32,000 bases of DNA from Fidelibacterota bacterium (GCA_002689995.1 NZIV01000011.1:1025-33024); one strand, 5' to 3'; numbered from the stretch's first letter, positions 1 to 8,338 are shown. The notes: generated from the letters alone by a model not told the origin. Numbers and translations are program-made.

Positions 1-224
1 CAATTCAAAGTGTTGGTGATTCAAATGTAAGATTATCTTCAAAAGAAGAGTCTCTTTCATTAGCAATTTCTAATACAGAAGCTACACGTAGCCGAATTGA
101 AGATGCTGATTTTGCTAAAGAGCAAATGAGTATGATGAAATTACAGATATTACAACAGACATCTGTATCTTCATTTTCACAAGCTAATTCAGCTCCTCAA
201 ATGGTTTTAGGATTATTCAGATAA
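1..224 (+). CDS. fliC: flagellin, C-terminal fragment (5' end outside window)
   Basis: Reading from nt 3 gives IQSVGDSNVRLSSKEESLSLAISNTEATRSRIEDADFAKEQMSMMKLQILQQTSVSSFSQANSAPQMVLGLFR, then TAA at 222-224. This is the conserved flagellin C-terminal helix and is paralogous to the C-terminus of the 513-1352 flagellin. Confidence 0.9.
   Translation, partial: IQSVGDSNVRLSSKEESLSLAISNTEATRSRIEDADFAKEQMSMMKLQILQQTSVSSFSQANSAPQMVLGLFR
31..143 (+). repeat. near-identical tract shared by the two flagellin paralogs (copy 1)
   Basis: By hand alignment, 110 of 113 nt are identical to 1159-1271. The sequence 3' of the tract in both genes is much more diverged. Confidence 0.85.
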
Positions 225-253
225 TTCGTGCCTGATAATAACCAAAGGTTAAT

Positions 254-277
254 GGGGGGTATATAATAGTATCCCCC
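254..277 (+). terminator. possible stem-loop terminator after the first flagellin
   Basis: GGGGGGTAT-ATAATA-GTATCCCCC can pair (5 G-C pairs plus wobble and A-T pairs), 30 nt after the stop. No clean U-tract follows (TTAACTTG). A second small hairpin, AGGAAA-ATTA-TTTCCT, lies at 300-315. Confidence 0.35.
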
Positions 278-409
278 TTAACTTGATAAAACTACAAATA
301 GGAAAATTATTTCCTACCTAAATTTACCTACTTTTTTACTCTAATATTACTCTATAGACAGTAGCTTATAATTTTATATTATTTTATATTATTTTATCAT
401 TTAAAAAAA

Positions 410-436
410 TAATATTAGAAATTAAAATTCCGATAA
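410..436 (+). promoter_or_regulatory. sigma-28 (FliA)-type promoter for the flagellin gene
   Basis: TCCGATAA at 429-436 matches the consensus -10 GCCGATAA at 7 of 8 positions. TAATATTA at 410-417 sits at the consensus 11-nt spacing from a TAAAGTTT-like -35 (5 of 8). It lies about 77 nt upstream of the flagellin ATG. Confidence 0.55.
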
Positions 437-512
437 TTCTAGTGTAGGATTATTTTGAATTAAAAAAATAATCAAATAACAAGGATGTTTTAAAAATAAA
501 TAGGAGTAACCT

Positions 513-1352
513 ATGTTTGGTAATCTTACTAGAGTAGGTTCTAATTATCACGCAGAGGAGGCATGGAACAACCTAAAAGCCTTAAACGGTAAAATAGGTC
601 AGGTACAGTCTAGACTTTCTACTGGTAAAAGAATCAACTCCGCAGAAGATGATACATCTGGTTATGCTTTAGCTAAGAATCTTGAAGGTAGAACTAGAGG
701 TTTAAGTCAAGCTTTAGATAATGTTGGTACAGCAAAAAATGTGCTTAATATAGCTGAGGGTGGTTTCCAATCTCAGATGAGTCTACTTCAAACAATGAAA
801 GAAAAAGCAACTCAAGCTGCTGATGGTTCATGGAGTGGAGATCAGAGACAGGCTATTCATGATCAATTTGCTGCATTAAGAACTGAATTTGATAAGATTT
901 CAGAGGATACATTGTTTAATAGTTCAAGTTCATTATTCTCTAGTACTGCATTGGAGTTTCAAGTTGGAGCAGGAGCTTCAGATCAATTATCAATTGTTAT
1001 TGGAACTTCAGTAGCTACATCAGTCGGTGAAGGTAGTACAGATATATCAACTTTATCTTTATCTGCTGCTGGTGATGCTCAGACAGCGATTGGTACATTA
1101 GATACAGCTATTGGATCACTAGCAAAGTCAGTACAAAATATTGGTGATTATAATGCAAGACTATCTTCAAAAGAAGAGTCTCTTTCATTAGCAATCTCTA
1201 ATACAGAAGCTACACGTAGCCGAATTGAAGATGCTGATTTTGCCAAAGAGCAAATGAGTATGATGAAATTATCCATTTTACAGCAAACTGCAATGGGTTC
1301 GTTTGCACAGGCTAATTCATCATCACAGATGGTTCTTTCATTATTTCAATAA
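513..1352 (+). CDS. fliC: flagellin (279 aa, short form lacking a large variable domain)
   Basis: The N-terminus contains SRLSTGKRINSAEDDTSGYALAKNLEGRTRGLSQALDNVGTAKNVLNIAEGG (flagellin N-domain). The C-terminus contains TRSRIEDADFAKEQMSMMKLSILQQT (flagellin C-domain). AGGAG at 502-506 sits upstream of the ATG. Confidence 0.95.
   Translation: MFGNLTRVGSNYHAEEAWNNLKALNGKIGQVQSRLSTGKRINSAEDDTSGYALAKNLEGRTRGLSQALDNVGTAKNVLNIAEGGFQSQMSLLQTMKEKATQAADGSWSGDQRQAIHDQFAALRTEFDKISEDTLFNSSSSLFSSTALEFQVGAGASDQLSIVIGTSVATSVGEGSTDISTLSLSAAGDAQTAIGTLDTAIGSLAKSVQNIGDYNARLSSKEESLSLAISNTEATRSRIEDADFAKEQMSMMKLSILQQTAMGSFAQANSSSQMVLSLFQ
1159..1271 (+). repeat. near-identical tract shared by the two flagellin paralogs (copy 2)
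   Basis: 110 of 113 nt are identical to 31-143. Confidence 0.85.
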
Positions 1353-1387
1353 TATTAATTAATATTGAAATATGTAATTATTAGTTC

Positions 1388-1424
1388 GGAGTAGGATTTT
1401 TTTTCCTACTCCTGCTAATTTTTG
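1388..1424 (+). terminator. intrinsic terminator after the flagellin
   Basis: Perfect 9-bp stem GGAGTAGGA (1388-1396) / TCCTACTCC (1404-1412) with a T7 loop. It is followed by TGCTAATTTTT, 36 nt after the stop. Confidence 0.6.
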
Positions 1425-1479
1425 CTTATATAAAATAATATAAAAAAAAGTAATAATAAGGTATATATATATAAATTAT

Positions 1480-1506
1480 TAAAGGTAAGTAAGTATTATC
1501 CGATTA
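1480..1506 (+). promoter_or_regulatory. sigma-28 (FliA)-type promoter for the fliS-fliD-flaG-flgM block
   Basis: TAAAGGTA (1480-1487), an 11-nt spacer, then TCCGATTA (1499-1506), compared with consensus TAAAGTTT-N11-GCCGATAA. Spacing is exact. It lies about 60 nt upstream of the preferred fliS ATG. Confidence 0.6.
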
Positions 1507-1568
1507 TATTAATAATTATGGTATGAAATTTGTTTATAATTAATTTGATTATTAATGGAAAGGAAGAT

Positions 1569-1895
1569 ATGAATAATACGATGAATCCATATTTAAAACA
1601 AAAAATAATGTCAGCTAGCCCTGAGCAGCTTATTTGCTATATCTATGATGCCAGTATAACGGCATGTAAGAAAAAAGATACAAATAAAGCAGGTCAGGCT
1701 ATCAGAGAACTTATAAATGCTCTGAATTTTGATTATAAAGAAATGGCTTTACCTCTTTTTGATTTATATAAATACTGTTTAAATAATATTAACTCAAATA
1801 ATTTTGAACAAGCTATTGAAATATTAGAAGGATTAAGAGATGCTTGGTATGAAGCTCATTTAAACATAAAAAAGTCAGAAAGTCAAGCAGGGTAA
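1569..1895 (+). CDS. fliS: flagellin-specific export chaperone FliS
   Basis: MNPYLKQKIMSASPEQLICYIYDASITACKK matches the FliS N-terminal signature (TASPEQL..LYDGAI). Size and position next to fliD fit. I prefer the ATG at 1569, preceded by GGAAAGGAAG, over the TTG at 1530 in the ORF track. Confidence 0.88.
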   Translation: MNNTMNPYLKQKIMSASPEQLICYIYDASITACKKKDTNKAGQAIRELINALNFDYKEMALPLFDLYKYCLNNINSNNFEQAIEILEGLRDAWYEAHLNIKKSESQAG

Positions 1896-1899
1896 ATTT

Positions 1900-3408
1900 A
1901 TGGCTTACGATATTGGATCAATGTTTTCAAGTTCAAATAGTGTTGAAAATTTGGTATATCAATATATGCGATTTGAGCAGGGACCAAGAAATAGGATTTT
2001 AGATAAACAGAGTCAATTAAATTCAAGAAAAAGTATTTTATCTAAATTAGATTCAAAACTATCTACTTTATATTCATCTACAGATAGATTAACTGATTCA
2101 GTCATAAATTATTTTGATGTGAATAAAGCAACTTCTAGTAATGAGGATTATCTAAAAGTAAATGCAGGTTCTAATGCGACTTCAGGTATTTTTTCTGTAA
2201 ACATAGATAGATTAGCAACATCAGATACTCGTGTATCTCGACAATATACATCATCTAGTACAGAGTTTTCCTCAATAACCACAGATCAAGTTTTTACTGT
2301 TAGTTTGGCTCATCCCACTGATGAAGATGAGGATAATAGAGTATCTATATCTGTTACAATAGCTTCAGATACATTCCAAAATTCAACAGAAGAAGTTTTA
2401 GAAGAAGTTATGAATCAACTTAATACAGCAATTAGTACAGCTGTTGTGAATGAAGAATTAGAGTCGGAAGAAAAAATTTCAGCTTCTGTAGTATCTGAAT
2501 CTGAAGGTAAGTCAAGATTAGTATTAAGAAGTAATAAAACTGGATTTTCAAATAGAATGATTTTTTCAGATAGTAGTGATGGATTATTAACTGCATTAGG
2601 TATTCTTAGTTCAGATGGAGCATATGATCCTGAGAATAACCATGATTATGGATATATGACAGAAATTGGTACTAATGATACTAATAGTGGTTTAAATGCA
2701 ATAATACAAGTTGATGGTTTGACTTATTATCGAGATGAAAATAGTATAACGGATGCAATAAATGGTCTCACTATTGATTTAATTTCGACGACTAATTCTA
2801 CACAAACAATTACAGTAGAGAATGATAATGAAGTAGTTAAAAATGAAATCCAAAGTTTTATGGATTCTTACAATGAAGCAATTAATTATTTAAAAGAAAA
2901 ATCTCAAATAAATCCTGATACACTCGTACGTGGAGAACTATCTAGTGATTATTCATATAAAGCATTATATTCGGATTTATTAAGTTTACCATTGAGTAGT
3001 ATTAGTTCACCTTCATCTGCTGGATACGCTACCTTGTATAGTATAGGTATAGGTTTTAGTGACAATGGTAATATGATTTTTACGGATCAAGATAAGTTTA
3101 ACGAAGCATTAAGTATAGGCACAGAATTGGTTTCTGATATATTTAATGCTCCAGATGGTATTGCAAATTTAATTAATGATAAGGTTGAGAATTATACAGA
3201 AACAGGTGGAGTTATATCTTCATCTAAAAGCACAATAGATAGTAATTTATTATATTTAACAAGAAGCCTAAGACGTGTTGAAGATCAACTTGCAGCAAAA
3301 GAAAAGAGATATAGAGATGAATTTGCTAGATTACAGCAAACGATGTCTTCATTAAATGATCAAATGGGGTCATTATCAATGTTTTCAGGTGGATATGGAG
3401 GTTATTAG
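1900..3408 (+). CDS. fliD: flagellar filament cap protein FliD (hook-associated protein 2)
   Basis: 502 aa. The N-terminal helical region is YQYMRFEQGPRNRILDKQSQLNSRKSILSKLDSKLSTL. The C-terminal coiled coil is IDSNLLYLTRSLRRVEDQLAAKEKRYRDEFARLQQTMSSLNDQ, which is typical of FliD. Gene context agrees. Confidence 0.88.
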   Translation: MAYDIGSMFSSSNSVENLVYQYMRFEQGPRNRILDKQSQLNSRKSILSKLDSKLSTLYSSTDRLTDSVINYFDVNKATSSNEDYLKVNAGSNATSGIFSVNIDRLATSDTRVSRQYTSSSTEFSSITTDQVFTVSLAHPTDEDEDNRVSISVTIASDTFQNSTEEVLEEVMNQLNTAISTAVVNEELESEEKISASVVSESEGKSRLVLRSNKTGFSNRMIFSDSSDGLLTALGILSSDGAYDPENNHDYGYMTEIGTNDTNSGLNAIIQVDGLTYYRDENSITDAINGLTIDLISTTNSTQTITVENDNEVVKNEIQSFMDSYNEAINYLKEKSQINPDTLVRGELSSDYSYKALYSDLLSLPLSSISSPSSAGYATLYSIGIGFSDNGNMIFTDQDKFNEALSIGTELVSDIFNAPDGIANLINDKVENYTETGGVISSSKSTIDSNLLYLTRSLRRVEDQLAAKEKRYRDEFARLQQTMSSLNDQMGSLSMFSGGYGGY

Positions 3409-3410
3409 TA

Positions 3411-3791
3411 ATGGAATTAAATATTAATTCAATAAATTCTCAAATAGGAAATAATTCAAAAGTACAAGAGAATTCTTCTATTGAGAATCAAAAAGAGATT
3501 ACGAAATTAGATAATATTGATTATTCTAAAAATAAAGTAAATAAAAATGAAGATTTATCAGAAATTATTAAAAAAGAAGACTATAATAGTACAATTGATT
3601 CTGTAAATCAATATGTTGAAATGTTTAATAGTAAAGTAAGTTTTTCAATTGATGATAAATCTCGTGAAATTATTCATGTTTATGATAATGAAACCGGTGA
3701 TTTAATTAGACAGATTCCTCCAAAAGAAATGATTGAATTAGTTGATAAATTAGAAGAAATAGCTGGGATTATTTTTAATAATAAAGTTTAA
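3411..3791 (+). CDS. flaG: FlaG family flagellar protein
   Basis: The C-terminal block VSFSIDDKSREIIHVYDNETGDLIRQIPPKEMIELVDKLEEIAG matches the FlaG signature (..V.D..TgE.IRQIP.ee.l). It starts 2 nt after the fliD stop. Confidence 0.8.
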   Translation: MELNINSINSQIGNNSKVQENSSIENQKEITKLDNIDYSKNKVNKNEDLSEIIKKEDYNSTIDSVNQYVEMFNSKVSFSIDDKSREIIHVYDNETGDLIRQIPPKEMIELVDKLEEIAGIIFNNKV

Positions 3792-3799
3792 TTTATCAA

Positions 3800-4213
3800 A
3801 TGGCTTATACTATAGAGAATATAACGGAATTAATTGAATCTGAATCAATATTTTTTAAAGAGATTTTAAGTGAGTATCAATTTTATTTACAAGTTGGGAA
3901 TAAACCTGATGGAGATTGGTTTAATAGATTATTAATTAGAAGGCAAGTACATATAAAAAAAATAGAATTTATTTTTAATAATAAAAAATATTTAAATATT
4001 TTTAAAAATCAAATTCCAAGAAAAGTTAAGAAAAACTTTCAAAAGATAATTGCAGATATTCTAATTTTAGACTCCCAAATGAAACAAATTTTAAATGATT
4101 TACAAAATAAAAAATCTGAACAATTGGTGAAAATAAAAAAAATTAATAAATTAATAGTAAAGAATACCGAAAATATTAGTGAAGCAAAGGTTGTAAATAT
4201 AGCTGTTAAATAA
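3800..4213 (+). CDS. hypothetical helical protein, possibly a FlgN/FliT-like chaperone
   Basis: 137-aa Lys/Ile-rich ORF with 8-nt and 6-nt gaps to its neighbours, in the position where flagellar chaperones occur next to flgM. I recognise no diagnostic motif. Confidence 0.45.
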   Translation: MAYTIENITELIESESIFFKEILSEYQFYLQVGNKPDGDWFNRLLIRRQVHIKKIEFIFNNKKYLNIFKNQIPRKVKKNFQKIIADILILDSQMKQILNDLQNKKSEQLVKIKKINKLIVKNTENISEAKVVNIAVK

Positions 4214-4219
4214 AAAATT

Positions 4220-4714
4220 ATGGTAAAAATAACTCAAAATAGTAATTTGGCAAGAGAATCACAACAGATTAAAAATAAATCTGTTGATAAAAAAGAATCT
4301 CTATCTCAAAAAGAGAATGTTAAATCTTCTACTCCTGGAAAAAATATATTATCAGATTCTGTTGTAATTTCATCTAAAGGAAATGAAACAACAGATACAG
4401 TTGAAAATATTGATAAATATACTGGATTACTAAAGAAATATGAAGAAAATCAACTTCGAAATTTAAAAGATTTTTCTGAAAAAAGTAACTCAGGACACTA
4501 TAATAAGGAAGAAGTTATATCTGAAACTTCCGAAAATATTGTAAATCATCCTGGGTTTTTTAAATCTTCAGGAATTTCACCAAAAAATTCAATTCAGGAC
4601 AATTTAGCAAGGGTTCAACAAAATATAGAATCAGGTAAATATAACTCTGATAAAATTATTGAAGATGTAGCAGATAAATTGATCTCTTCAGTAATATCCC
4701 CTTTAGAACGATAA
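4220..4714 (+). CDS. flgM: anti-sigma-28 factor FlgM-like protein (unusually long, 164 aa)
   Basis: The C-terminus LARVQQNIESGKYNSDKIIEDVADKLISSV fits the FlgM C-terminal sigma-28-binding signature (V..LK.AI..G.Y.vD..kIAdkLi). The N-terminal two-thirds is low-complexity and Ser/Lys/Asn/Glu-rich, as expected for a disordered FlgM. Confidence 0.65.
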   Translation: MVKITQNSNLARESQQIKNKSVDKKESLSQKENVKSSTPGKNILSDSVVISSKGNETTDTVENIDKYTGLLKKYEENQLRNLKDFSEKSNSGHYNKEEVISETSENIVNHPGFFKSSGISPKNSIQDNLARVQQNIESGKYNSDKIIEDVADKLISSVISPLER

Positions 4715-4808
4715 CTCGTTCAACCATTAGTTATTAATAAAATTATTTATAAATTAATCCTTAGATTTTTAATACAATTATGGATTATATATTTTAAAAA
4801 AAATAAAA

Positions 4809-5150
4809 TTGAATATGGATAATGAATTTAAAGAATTAACAAAATCAAATTTACCTTCAGAATCAATTAATTCAGGAAAATTAATTAAAGGTACAAAAGT
4901 TAAATTAGTTAATTCAGCACGAAAAATATCTAATACTAGTACTAAAGTTGATGTTACTCATGAACCTATAGATAGTTCTAATGAGAAAATAAAAAATCAA
5001 TTTACAGTTGAGCCTAAATACAATGAAGATATAATCGAAGAATTATGTATCAGTTGTTCATGTGGCAATCATACAAGAATAGTATTTAATAATGAGGAAA
5101 ATTTTACAGATACTAAAAATTTAGATGATGAGTCTATTTCTGAAAATTAA
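4809..5150 (+). CDS. hypothetical small protein with a CxxCxC-x2-H motif
   Basis: 113-aa ORF from a TTG at 4809, with an alternative ATG at 4815. It contains ELCISCSCGNHTRIVF. Its TAA stop (5148-5150) abuts the ATG of the receiver gene at 5151. I recognise no family. Confidence 0.5.
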   Translation: MNMDNEFKELTKSNLPSESINSGKLIKGTKVKLVNSARKISNTSTKVDVTHEPIDSSNEKIKNQFTVEPKYNEDIIEELCISCSCGNHTRIVFNNEENFTDTKNLDDESISEN

Positions 5151-5732
5151 ATGAACTCACATCAGTCATCAATATTATTAATTGAGGATAATCCAGCTTA
5201 TATTCATGTATTAACATATGAATTAAAAAAAATGGGATGGAATGTAGACTCTGTGAATACATTAAAAAAAGCTCGTGATTATTTATCACAACATCAGCCA
5301 GAAATAATAGTATCAGACGTTTTTTTACAAGAGAGGTCTATTTTAGATTTTTCATCTGAATTAATTGAAATAGCACAAAAATCACTTGTTATTTTAATAA
5401 CTGGCTTTCCTAATTTAATACAAGCTATTAACTCATTGGGAGGAAATGTTTATGATTATCTTTTGAAGCCATTTAAAGTTGAACAACTGATATTAGTAAT
5501 CGAAAGGGCAAGAACAACATTCTTACTAAAAAAAGAAATTGAAGTATTAAGAAATGAAAATATTCAATTTAGGGAAGTTATTTTAGAAAAAGGATTTAAT
5601 CCTGATGAATATATCACAAATGATAAGGATTTAATTTCTAGTAATTATAAATCTCCAAACGAAATGTACGCTAAGCAAGTTCGTAAATTACGTGTACCAA
5701 TAGTTAAAAAAACAATCAAAAATAAAGATTAA
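5151..5732 (+). CDS. stand-alone response-regulator receiver protein with a C-terminal helical tail
   Basis: Receiver residues are present: LLIEDN (acidic pocket), IIVSDVFL (phospho-acceptor Asp), ILITG (Thr) and LLKPF (Lys). About 70 C-terminal residues carry no recognisable output domain. Confidence 0.85.
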   Translation: MNSHQSSILLIEDNPAYIHVLTYELKKMGWNVDSVNTLKKARDYLSQHQPEIIVSDVFLQERSILDFSSELIEIAQKSLVILITGFPNLIQAINSLGGNVYDYLLKPFKVEQLILVIERARTTFLLKKEIEVLRNENIQFREVILEKGFNPDEYITNDKDLISSNYKSPNEMYAKQVRKLRVPIVKKTIKNKD

Positions 5733-5737
5733 ATTCA

Positions 5738-6925
5738 TTGGATAAAGAATCTAAAGAAATAGATAGTTTAGTTTCTCAATTTGCATCATCGGCTAATACC
5801 CTTCAACAAGCTTACGTATCTTTAGAAAATGAGTTATTAGATTCTTTTCAGCCAGAAACAACAGAAGTCAATACAAAAGAAGCAGATATTTCTAGTTCAA
5901 GTATTTGGGAGTTTCGTAAAAATTTAATTCATGTTTTAGATATGATGGAGCAACCTGTAATTATTTTCAATGAATCTATGGAAATCATTACACAAAATAA
6001 CCCGGCTAAATTAATTTATCAATTACCTGAAAATGAAATAAAAGCTAAGTTAATTTTTACTAAAAATTCAGTTGGAATTTTAAGAGATTTTTTGAATTCT
6101 GGTACTGAATCAAGAATTCAATTATTAAATATAAAAACACCTGTTTCAGATAATGTTAAATTTGAATTAAGAAGGCATATTGATAATTTTACAAAAGGTG
6201 CATTAGTTTCTGCTGCATGTATTGATGATCGATTATTACAATCACGTCAAGTTCAAGGTAAATTACAAATGCAAAATATGATTGCAAATCTTGCACATAA
6301 TATTAGGACACCTATGAGTGCAATTGTAGGTTATGCTCAGTTACTTCAAAGAGATTTAGGTGAAAATCAAAAATATATTAATAAAATCAATTTTATATTT
6401 GAAGGTGTTCAAAGAATTGAAAGAGTAATTTCTAGTTTAATAAATTATGCAAATGAACCTGAAATCACAGCCGAAAGAAGTTATTCTATTCTTAAATATA
6501 TTAAACAAAAAAAAATGATTTGGACTCAGGAATTAGGTAGAGAAATAAATTTAAAATTTGAATCAGATATCTCAATAGATATTGAAACAACCTTAAACAA
6601 GAAGGGTTTAGACTCAATACTTCATAATTTGATTTTAAATTCGAGTGAAGCAATAGATGGTGATATTGTAAATATTTCTATGGACATCAAAAATGAAAAT
6701 AATAAATTATTTATTTTATTTAATGATTTTGGTGAAGGGATGTCTGTTCAAAATTTAGAAAAGTGTATGGAACCATTTTTCACAACACGTATTAATGGAC
6801 TTGGTTTAGGGTTAAGTATTGTTGAAAATTTAGTATTAATTATGAATGGTTCAATTAATATTAAGTCAAGCTTAGGAGTAGGTACTCAAATAGAATTAAT
6901 TTTTCCTCATGAAAAAAATACTTAA
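5738..6925 (+). CDS. soluble sensor histidine kinase (PAS-like N-terminus, HisKA, HATPase_c)
   Basis: H-box LAHNIRTPMSAIVGYAQLL, N-box LHNLILNSSEAI, G1 NDFGEGM and G2 GLGLGLSIV are present. I see no hydrophobic transmembrane segments. TTG start. The architecture and context parallel the flagellar kinases FlgS, FlrB and FleS. Confidence 0.85.
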   Translation: MDKESKEIDSLVSQFASSANTLQQAYVSLENELLDSFQPETTEVNTKEADISSSSIWEFRKNLIHVLDMMEQPVIIFNESMEIITQNNPAKLIYQLPENEIKAKLIFTKNSVGILRDFLNSGTESRIQLLNIKTPVSDNVKFELRRHIDNFTKGALVSAACIDDRLLQSRQVQGKLQMQNMIANLAHNIRTPMSAIVGYAQLLQRDLGENQKYINKINFIFEGVQRIERVISSLINYANEPEITAERSYSILKYIKQKKMIWTQELGREINLKFESDISIDIETTLNKKGLDSILHNLILNSSEAIDGDIVNISMDIKNENNKLFILFNDFGEGMSVQNLEKCMEPFFTTRINGLGLGLSIVENLVLIMNGSINIKSSLGVGTQIELIFPHEKNT

Positions 6926-6937
6926 TTTGGAAATCAG

Positions 6938-8338
6938 ATGGACTATAAACTATTAATTGTAGATGATGATTATGCAATAAGATCTTTTTTAGAAGAAGCA
7001 CTGAAGGATGCTGGCTATAATGTTTCCAAGGCTGATAATGGTGCAGCAGCTTTAAAAATATTAGAAAATGAAAAAATTGATTTAATTATTAGTGATTTAA
7101 AAATGCCTGAAGTTGATGGGCTTCAATTATTATCAGTAGTAAAAGAAAAATATCAAGATACCGGATTATTACTAATGTCTGCATATGGAACTGTAGAAGA
7201 TGCAGTACAGGCTATGAAAATTGGAGCGTTTGACTTTGTTACTAAACCTTTCTCAATAACAGAAATTGAAACAAGAGTTCAACGTTTTTTTGAATTTCAA
7301 GATTTAAAAATAGAAAATATTCAATTAAAGAAAAAAATATCTACGGAAGAAAAATATATATCTTTAGTTGGTAACTCCGATAAAATGAAGGAAGTTTATT
7401 CTCGAATAGAAATGGTTTCTAAGAGTGATGTATCAGTGCTTGTAGTTGGAGAAAGTGGAACAGGTAAAGAATTAGTATCACGAGAAATTCATAAAAATTC
7501 AATAAGAAATAATAATCCTTACCTACAGATAAATTGCGCTGCTATCCCAGAAAATTTAGTAGAAAGTTCATTGTTTGGATATGAAAAGGGTTCATTTACG
7601 GGTGCTTTAAAGACTACTAATGGAGTTTTTCAAGAGGCAGATAAAGGTTCTTTATTATTAGACGAGGTAACAGAAATCCCTACTAGTATGCAGGCTAAAC
7701 TACTTCGTGTTTTACAGGAAAAGGCTGTAGCACGAGTTGGTAGTCATGAATACCAAAATATTGATGTTAGAATAATTTCAACTTCAAACAGAAATGTATT
7801 AAAAATGGTTGAAGATAAAGATTTTCGAGAAGATTTATTTTATAGACTAAATGTTTTTCCAATTGAAATACCGGCACTAAGGGAAAGAATGGATGATTTA
7901 CCATTATTAGTTGATCATTTTTTGACTAAATTATCAGACAAATACAATGTTGAGAAAAAAATAATGTCATCTCTTGCATTAGATAAAATGTTTAATCATT
8001 CATGGCCTGGTAATGTAAGAGAATTGGTAAATGTAATTGAGAGATCATTTCTTTATGCTGCCGATAATGATAGTATTTTAGACAAACATATTACATTAGA
8101 ATCAACATCTAAAGTTGCAATGACAATGGAAACAAATTTTAATGGTAATACTTCATTAGAAGAAATCGAAAGAAGAGCGATATTTGCGACATTACGTAAA
8201 ACTAAGAATAATCGAACTAAAGCATCGAATATTTTGGATATTAGCGTACGTACATTAAGAAATAAGCTTAATCTTTATAAAAATAATGATATCCTTCCTT
8301 CAGAATTTATACTTGGTGAAGAGATAATTGATGATTAA
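6938..8338 (+). CDS. sigma-54-dependent response regulator (REC, AAA+ and Fis-type HTH domains), FlgR/FlrC/FleR-like
   Basis: Receiver: LLIVDDD and LIISDLKMPEVDG. Walker A: GESGTGKE. GAFTGA-loop variant: GSFTGA. Also ELFYRLNV-like DLFYRLNV and the C-terminal HTH NRTKASNILDISVRTLRNKL. It lies directly upstream of flgB. Confidence 0.9.
   Translation: MDYKLLIVDDDYAIRSFLEEALKDAGYNVSKADNGAAALKILENEKIDLIISDLKMPEVDGLQLLSVVKEKYQDTGLLLMSAYGTVEDAVQAMKIGAFDFVTKPFSITEIETRVQRFFEFQDLKIENIQLKKKISTEEKYISLVGNSDKMKEVYSRIEMVSKSDVSVLVVGESGTGKELVSREIHKNSIRNNNPYLQINCAAIPENLVESSLFGYEKGSFTGALKTTNGVFQEADKGSLLLDEVTEIPTSMQAKLLRVLQEKAVARVGSHEYQNIDVRIISTSNRNVLKMVEDKDFREDLFYRLNVFPIEIPALRERMDDLPLLVDHFLTKLSDKYNVEKKIMSSLALDKMFNHSWPGNVRELVNVIERSFLYAADNDSILDKHITLESTSKVAMTMETNFNGNTSLEEIERRAIFATLRKTKNNRTKASNILDISVRTLRNKLNLYKNNDILPSEFILGEEIIDD

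Noticed and set aside
1530-1568. N-terminal extension of FliS from a TTG (MFIINLIINGKED...)
   Set aside because: The extension lacks any FliS-like sequence. The ATG at 1569 has a GGAAAGGAAG purine tract just upstream, and the sigma-28-like promoter at 1480-1506 leaves little leader for the TTG.
4771-4786. TGGATTATATATTTTA as a possible sigma-54 promoter for the regulatory cassette
   Set aside because: GG is present, but there is no GC or TTGC at the -12 position.
8060-8067. Exact sigma-28 -10 octamer GCCGATAA; a similar TCCGATAA occurs at 7376-7383
   Set aside because: Both lie inside the sigma-54 activator coding sequence, and neither has a TAAA-type -35 at the required spacing. By a rough estimate, about one chance occurrence is expected in 64 kb of this composition.
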